Assembly: GCA_051294375.1 (NCBI GenBank)
Contig: CM119264.1
Coordinates: forward strand, 15,649,473-15,713,472
Reading direction: 5' to 3'
DNA length: 64,000 nt
Origin: Paraspadella gotoi
Lineage: Eukaryota; Animalia; Chaetognatha
Positions within the stretch are counted from its first letter, which is position 1. Each line of letters opens with the position of its first letter. The notes beneath the pieces are model-generated. The model was not told the origin of the DNA. It saw only the letters and a program-made list of their open reading frames with translations, and ran no database searches. This document shows, piece after piece, positions 56,466-64,000 of this stretch. A program made the position numbers and the translations under genes.

Positions 56466-59400
56466 AGTTATGCAGAGTTTTGTGCTGGGTTTCTGTACTA
56501 TTTTTTCTTAAGTTACAAAATATAAATGGGCACTATTCTGTCTAAAGGAATTTAGCTAAAGTTTACTATAAACTTCTACATATAAATATTAGCATTATAA
56601 AGTATCCATTCATTTAGTAAGGAATCTTGCTCAGACTCTCGACAGCGCTATTTTGGCGGCCTGATACCTCAAAAGTTTTTTGACAATTTTAACTATAAAT
56701 TTTTAAAAGGTTAAATATAACTGACCTTAGCCTTAATTAAATAATATTAAAAATTTTATTAAAATTGTTTTAAATTGAGTCATAAAATTCAAATATTGTT
56801 ATTTGAACATAAAAATTTATTTTTAGCCCACAAGACGAGTTAGCTGCAGCAATAGGATGTAATAAAGATAATGGATAAGGCGCTCAGTAGGCTGAAAACT
56901 ACTATCTGTATCTTGTGTGCCCCCTCGCTTGTTCAAATTAGTTACATGTAAGTTTTGGATAATTCTTATTTTATTATTATTTCACATTAAATTCTTAACG
57001 GGCCGATCACTTACATGATTCGTTCATGAATAAAATGTATCAGAAAATTCAAAATAAAAGAGAACATTAACCTTTAAAAAGAATAGTCATTCAAACGTAG
57101 TTCGTAATGTCTTCATAAATTTGTATATTGTAGTGAAAGAAGAGGCAAGAATAAGATTTACGACTAAAATGAACGGGGTTTGCACGACGGCACCTCTGCG
57201 GAGCTTTGGGCAAGCGCTGTTGTTCGTCAGCAAGCCATCCAGGCTCGCAACTGCCCTCTTTAGAGAGGACAGTAGATTCCCGGCCTTCAGGCGACGGGAG
57301 TCTGCGACCGGATGCACGCAGGAAGTTGGGTGGCGGACGCAGAACTTTGAAGGGAGTGGAAGGACGGCGCGACCGCGGCGGAAATCTCTGAGAGTCCGCA
57401 GGATCTTTCGAATGAATAGAGAACAAGAGTGACGCCTGTGCAAGAGGGAGCCGTCGAGGTGACCAAGTGCTTGTCCGGTCTTCCGCCCTCTCGCACAAGA
57501 TGTGTTGTGCGTTCCAACGAATTGACTCCCACTGAACTCATACCAGGGACGCGACGGCGGGCGGCCGAGGAGCCTGGACGGCTGCCGAACTGAGCTTAGG
57601 CAGATGGTTGGGCATATAGTTATCTCGCGTCTCACACAAAGTATATAATAATTAATTATATATAGACAATGTATTAGATTCAAACCAAACTGCGTAAGTA
57701 AAAAAATGGAAAACACAATAGAAGAAAGGTAGATCAGTTAAAGTCAGGTAACTTGACCTTGTTTAAAAGATGTCAGTTATGAGCTTGGTTAAATGTCAGT
57801 CGTTAATTATTAATGTCGCCGCCAAACGTGTTACCTTGCATTAAACTTTTAAAGTTAATAGATTTAATTATAAATTAGGACTAAAGAGCTAAATGGTTTC
57901 AATAATTACTTAAAAATATTATTAAAAAAATTTAAAATGATTACGTTAACCCTAAAACCTTCTTAACCCTATGAGAATATGTTTCAACTAGTCAGGAAAT
58001 TCATTCCAGATATCACGAAATTCACTCGACCATTCAATCTCGTGGATTTACTGGCGATCATTCACGTGACCTGAGACTGATCTAACTCTCCTCTCTCTTT
58101 TTTTTCACACACTCTTACTCAAAGCAGTTTAGATGAAGCCGGCTCCTTCTCTCCTTCCTCTCTTGGGAAATCTTTCCTTCTTAGTGAAGTTAGAGATTTC
58201 TTTTACAAATATTTTTTCGGAGATTTACCCCCCCACCTTTTTTTCCTATTTGTAATTTGATTCGTCCCCACTTCATTTGATTTCTCTACTCAAAAAATAC
58301 ACTCGTTTTTCTCAAATAAGAAATCACTCTCGTTACAAGTGATTTTTCGAAAGATTTTCGCGTTTTAGCTACTTTACTTGGAGAACATTTCACGTTTACG
58401 ACGTTTCTGCCGTCCTTGAGCCTTTATTTGAAGTCTACGGATTAGAACCCCTGAGCACGAAGTATCTCCAACACCCTAACAACCCCTAACCCTAAACCAC
58501 CATTAACTTCTAAACCCTAACCCGTTTGGCTGAAAGTATAAAATTAACTCCCAATTTGTATTAAATTATCATCCAATCACTTAATTTAATTTTATCAGTA
58601 AATCATATTACCTTATTCTCTTATGAATTCGTTTCCTATATCAACATTTTCTTTCCGTAGTCAGCTCGTAATTACCCTTAATTTCTATTTCAGCCGGAAC
58701 GAGATTTCGCTTTATCCGTCGATTCCGTCGACTAAAGGATTAGAACTACGTAGGTTCAAATCTTAGGTTAACCACTTTCTTCGCTCGTTTGAAGCGGCGA
58801 AAGTTGATCCTCGGAGGCCCATTATTTCCTCGTTTTTGTCCATAAACTTTTGAACGCGTGACCGATTTGAATGAAATTTTATTTTCAGCTAAACTAGACG
58901 TAATTCCACGTCATCAGTACCCAAATTTATCGAAAACGCACCACCAGAAAGACAAGACGTTTTTCTCTATACTGAATCAACCTCGTTGTATTCGAATTAA
59001 AATCGCATATATTTTCGGACACGACAAAAGCACGACGACGATGAATTTTAATATAAAAATAAAAAAGAAGCATAATCAATTAGTGAAACTTGATTTACAG
59101 CTTAATCACAAACACTTTCCTACCCACGTTTCAAGTCCAATCGCCCCATATACTCATAAGTAATTGGCGCTTCAAAGCTAAGGACAAACAGACGACGGAC
59201 ATCGTATAATTTTGCATAATTTATCATAATTCGATGTTTTGTCAAATCTAAAGTGTCATACCGATAGCTTTTGGGGTGGCGTCTGAGCGAACCGACAAAG
59301 TGAATTATAGAGCCGAGATCGCTGTAAGCAGATCCGGCTAACCTTTCTACCAGACTATCTCTTTGCCATAAAATGCAAATCAACCAATCTTCGCGTAGCA

Positions 59401-59555
59401 ACTGAAGTGCCGTGAGCACTTTAAAATCATGGGTTCCAGTAAACTTATTTCTCTACCTCTGAAACTATATGGCATGGTGGCATATATTATCGTAAAATAA
59501 AAACAATTAATTTGTCAATGGCAATTTGTTTAAAAATTAAAATAAAGTTCTCAAC

Positions 59556-59819
59556 CTGAGCAAAGAGGCATCTGATGTGAGAATCGACGATGATTGCCCA
59601 TCTCTGCGTTGTCTCCGCCGTGGCCACGCCCTCGTCCTCGTCGTCGTTAAGGGAATCCAGGCCCGGACAGCATTTCCTCCACGTGGGAGAAACCCGCCCG
59701 GCGTTGGATTCGGTTGTTGCGGCCGCTGTCGGAGGACGGGAAACATTGCGGACGCGGACCGAATCATAATGCTGCCGCACATCATGGAACGCTGCCGTCA
59801 GCGTCGAGGATATTTTTTG
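59556..59819 (-). CDS. Candidate exon of an unidentified gene
   Basis: GC-rich open frame (QKISSTL...SHIRCLFAQ) bounded by TAG| and CAG|GTTGAG. No homology recognised. Confidence 0.3.
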
Positions 59820-60489
59820 CTAGTAGATGTAGCCGATGCAAAAGAGATGATTTTAGGGTTAGGCTAAGTTGGTAGAAGTTTAGGTTAGGGTTTAGTAGTT
59901 TAGGGTGTAGGCTTGGAGTTAGTTAAAGTTCATTTAGGGTTAATTGTTAATGTCAATTTTGTGGTAGGAGGGTGTTGTTGAGGCCGCGTTAGGGTAGGCG
60001 AAAGTACTGGCGAGGCGACATTAGGGTTGAGGCACGGAGATGTACGGAGGCCTGGGCCCGGCGTTAGCGTTGGGAAAAGAGCACGAGTTGAACGGAGGCT
60101 CGGCTTAGGTTGGAGAGAGGCCTGTGGTGATGTGTCGAAGGCGGTTAGGGTTGAGGCACGTGATGTTATGGGAGGGGCCCGGGTTTAGGGTGGGAGAGCA
60201 TGGAGTTGAACGCGAGGCCCGGTTGAGGGAAGGGTTGGCATTAAAAATCCCACCCCAGAAAACCCACCCAAAAAAAACCCAGCAAAAACCTAAAAAGAAC
60301 AAACAAAAAAAAAAAACCACTCTAAAAAGTGGGTTTTTTTTGTGTTTTTTTTTAATTACTGATTATTTTAATATGAAACATTAAATTGTTAAAGCAAAAA
60401 TTTAAAATCAAATAAAGATATATCATTTTACAAATTAATATAATAATTTAATTGATAAAAAATAACCCTAAAACCTATGTTTTACATGT

Positions 60490-60692
60490 TTACTATCAGT
60501 ATCAATATTCACCATCCCAGGCGTTGATTCCTCCAGTTCCTAACGACCTCTAGCGTTGGCAAAGCTTGATACTATCCTAGGGTAACCGCGCCAGTGACTG
60601 GACGTGCACTGCAGGGTCAGAAGCCCGCCAAAGCCAACAGTGAGATGCGCCATCCTCCAATGCGGCATCACAGTGACCGGCTTGTTGCCATA
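60490..60692 (+). mobile_element. Degenerate LTR related to TRIM families C and D
   Basis: GCCAGTGACTGGA..AGCCC motif and GTTGCCATA end. Confidence 0.5.
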
Positions 60693-63034
60693 ATATACTC
60701 AATTTTGCTCGTTTTTCGCAGCGTTTAACATAACATATCAGCTATAACAAATTTTATAAAAGTTTTTCCTTTTTTTTTTTCTGACGCATCTTGAATCTGT
60801 TATTAAATTTTTTTAGCCGGATCTGCTTACAGCAGATTTCCGGCTCTATAATTCACTTTGTCGGTCCGCCCCCCCAATCTTTGTTCGCGCGCATTCACTT
60901 ATATCATGTCAGAACATCGAATTATGATAAATTATGCAAAAAAAACTTATGTCCGTCCGTCCATCTGTGCTGTCTGTCCATCCCACCTTTAGCAAAAAAA
61001 CACCGATTCCTCGCTGATTTTGACTGATGGATTGGAATGAAATATTGTTGTTTGGGTAGGAAAGTGTGTGATGAAGCTGTTAAATCAAGTTTCGATGAAA
61101 TACGTCAAAGTGGAAATGAGTTAAAATGGAAAAAAAAACTATATATAATTTCACATTTGAAACGCCATTTACTCCATGAGTGAATGGGCGATTGACTTTC
61201 AAATTGCTATGTGGTAGTAAGTGTGTGATTGAGGCAGGAAATTAAAGTTTTGATGGAAATCGTCCAAGTTGCGAAATGAGTTTAAATGCGACAAAAAACA
61301 AACAATTATTTCACTATTTGATTATGTTTTTTTATTTTTATATGTTAAATTCAAGTAATTAATTATTAATTATCTGTTAATTAATTAATTAATTTTGCTG
61401 ATCGAGATTGTTGTTTTGTGATGAAGGCGAGGACAAAGTGAAAAAACGATTTTGACACAAATTTAAAAAAAAATAATATAATTAATTAATTATCTGCATC
61501 AGCTGCTTACCGCTAATGACGTGGCAGATCCGTCATTGTTTGCTCAAACTGCGTTAAAAAAATCAATTAAAAATTTTACAATTATAAAAAGAATATTATT
61601 ACAAAGAAAATAAAATTTGGCTTTACTGTTCTGCTAACAAAATTTTTTAATGGCATGCTTTTCTTTTACATTTCATTACATAAAGAGGCAGCAAAAAAAA
61701 TTATGTTAACTTCGCTAAAATCTTTTCATCATCTTACCCTAATGTTCACATAGTTAGCTTAAATCCCAGTGGGCGAAAGTAAAATTTTACCGCCAAACCT
61801 GTGTAAAAATCCCCATAGAAAATCGATCAGTGGGCGTGGCATGAGATGAAACTAGCTCCCCTTCGTTTCGCTCCAGCAAATGAATAGTCTGTTGAAAAGA
61901 AAAAAGGAAAAGATTTCAAGATATTTTTTATAAGCAATCCTCAATTCGCTAATTGGTTCTTAAAATGGATTACATGTTGTAAATAAACAAATTGAAATAA
62001 ATAACCTTGAACCGAGCTGAAAGAATTGTTCGAGTCCCAGGTTCGGATGCACCTGCGTTGGGTTGCGTCTCGAGAAACTGAGGTGTCTTCGAGGGGCGTC
62101 GAGATTTGTGTAGCAAAAAGGCGCCATTTGGTGTCGCACCTCTTCGTTCTCATCCACTGTTTCATATTTGGTTGGTTATATTTCGTGCAATTTTCATAAA
62201 TACTATATATTACTATATATTATATAACTATAATATACTAAATATATATTACTATATATAGTATATATTTTTACGAGTAAATGAGAGAATAGCTTGAATA
62301 TCAAATTTACCCCGCGTAAATAGTCTTCCATCTATTTCAGGCGAACTGGCAGACAATTTCCAAAATATACCATTCCTAGATCACCGCAACTAATAGGCAG
62401 TGTCAAATAATCTCAAGTTTTAAATTTTTACTTTATTTAAACAGTTTATTCATCATTATGGAGATTATTCATCTCACCCACAACTTTTACGATCGGCTTG
62501 AAGCGGCATAGATCCGAAGGGATCCGCTGCTTCCGGTTTTGGAGGCGGCCGGACGATGTCGCAGAGACGCTTCATCGACAAGGTCAGTTTGAGTCAGCGT
62601 CTCCTGAGTTTCGCAGTTTTGACGGCGGGCGGCGAGCCAGCGTCGACGCCAGGGCGGCGCAAGTGGCGCCTTTCGAAGACGTCGACGAAATGCGAAAAAG
62701 CTTCTTTTAGAAGAGCGTCGACCGTCTACGTCCGCTTTAGGAGAAGCATCGCATCAGAGTCGCAACTAATGGGAACAACATTAAAATTTCAGTGAACCAA
62801 TTTTAAATTACATTTTCTCTTAATGATCTTATTATAAATGAGATGCTCAATGAAAGAGTTGCATCCGCTATTGTAGCAGACTTTGACGATTATTGCTGCC
62901 ATCAACATTACGCTTGTTTGATCCTCCTCTTCGATAAGCTTCTTTACGAGCAAGTCATGAGGCCAATACGTTTCAACGTCGAAATCTTGATTCGGATCTT
63001 CAACAAGGATTAAAGAAATAAAAATTAAGAAATA

Positions 63035-63085
63035 CAGGGTGGGACCATATATCGAGACAAAACTTAACGTCCCTGCCCTGTTCTG
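63035..63085. mobile_element. Mariner-like MITE terminus
   Basis: TA|CAGGGTGGGACC...; a reverse-complement terminus at about 56170-56216 faces away, so it belongs to a separate copy. Confidence 0.5.
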
Positions 63086-64000
63086 AACGATTTTTGAGAT
63101 ACAATAATAAAATAGTTGCCAAAGATTTCTTGTCTAAGGGCGTTGTGGATGTTTTCAAATCATTGTCATTTTTATACGCGCACCTTACATTGCCATAGCT
63201 ATTATAAGCCATACTTGTTAATATTTTTCAGTGGTCGTTTTTGAACATGCAGTTGTTATTGTCTCTATCTTCAATTGACCTGATTTTAAGCTTTTCATCA
63301 CTGTCCAAGATTAAAACTTATTTTAATTTTTTTTCAGGTTAAGCTAGAACAAATTTTAAAAAGATTTTAACAAACCGTACCTGCTTACTTCAAATATTAT
63401 TTTAACCGAAATGCAATGTACACTTTGCCAGAAGCAATATTATACTATAATTGAATATTTCTAAATAATATTTAACTGTTATGCCTTGATTAGATTAAAT
63501 AATAATTTTTTCAAACATTATACTTCCAAACCGCGCGGAGAAAATCGAGCAGTTGCTTTTACTGCATCAAAAAAAAAGCATTGCATTAAAGAATTTCAAA
63601 AAGATTAAAATATTAAAATATAAAAATATTATACAGATATTTATTCAGATTTTTAAAAATAATTAAGAGTTTTTAGAGCTAATTGATTTTTTAAATTGAC
63701 CTCTATATATGGTCCCAACCCCTTGTAAATGATGTAATAACATCTCATGTAATCCAACCAATAAATCAATGACCTTTTGAAATTCCCAAGCTCGACAATA
63801 TATATATACCTCCCTCCTCCAGCGTCTCTCCATTCGCCACATCATAAATCCGCGCTTTCCAGCAGTTGAGCGATCGTCGGTGTGTCAGTGTTTATCTGCG
63901 ATGAATAATGGTAAAATCGTAAGTAAAAAAGTTCATAATTGTATTTAAAATTACTAAAAAATAATAGAAAGAAATATTTATTATTTAAGTGCGAAAACTA

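Noticed and set aside
57087-57835. 209-aa ORF or LTR element with PBS TGGCGGCGAC on the minus strand
   Set aside because: No second LTR, TSD or protein motif found, so it was left unannotated.
56170-63085. Single 7-kb mariner element bounded by CAGGGTG TIRs
   Set aside because: The two termini face away from each other, so they belong to different copies.

Overview
AT-rich, repeat-dense eukaryotic (animal, probably invertebrate) genomic DNA with several N gaps and some visibly error-prone stretches. The only confidently identified host gene is the DEAD-box RNA helicase DDX42 on the minus strand: 8 exons from 33571 to 15635, about 516 codons, with the C-terminal half not found in the window. 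Its long introns are filled by nested transposons. Mobile content: (i) four families of miniature non-autonomous LTR retrotransposons (TRIMs) with PBS and PPT, three of which have 4-bp TSDs and tRNA-like Pol III A/B-box heads in their LTRs, including one copy that integrated with two inverted 5' ends; (ii) Penelope-type fold-back elements carrying minimal hammerhead ribozymes, with 12-15 bp TSDs and a shared 3' tail; (iii) a decayed Tc1-like DD35E transposon; (iv) TA-, TTAA- and 7-bp-TSD TIR elements, DINE-1/HINE-like elements, solo LTRs and simple repeats. Most ORFs in the supplied track are low-complexity or repeat artefacts. All calls were made by eye, without database searches.
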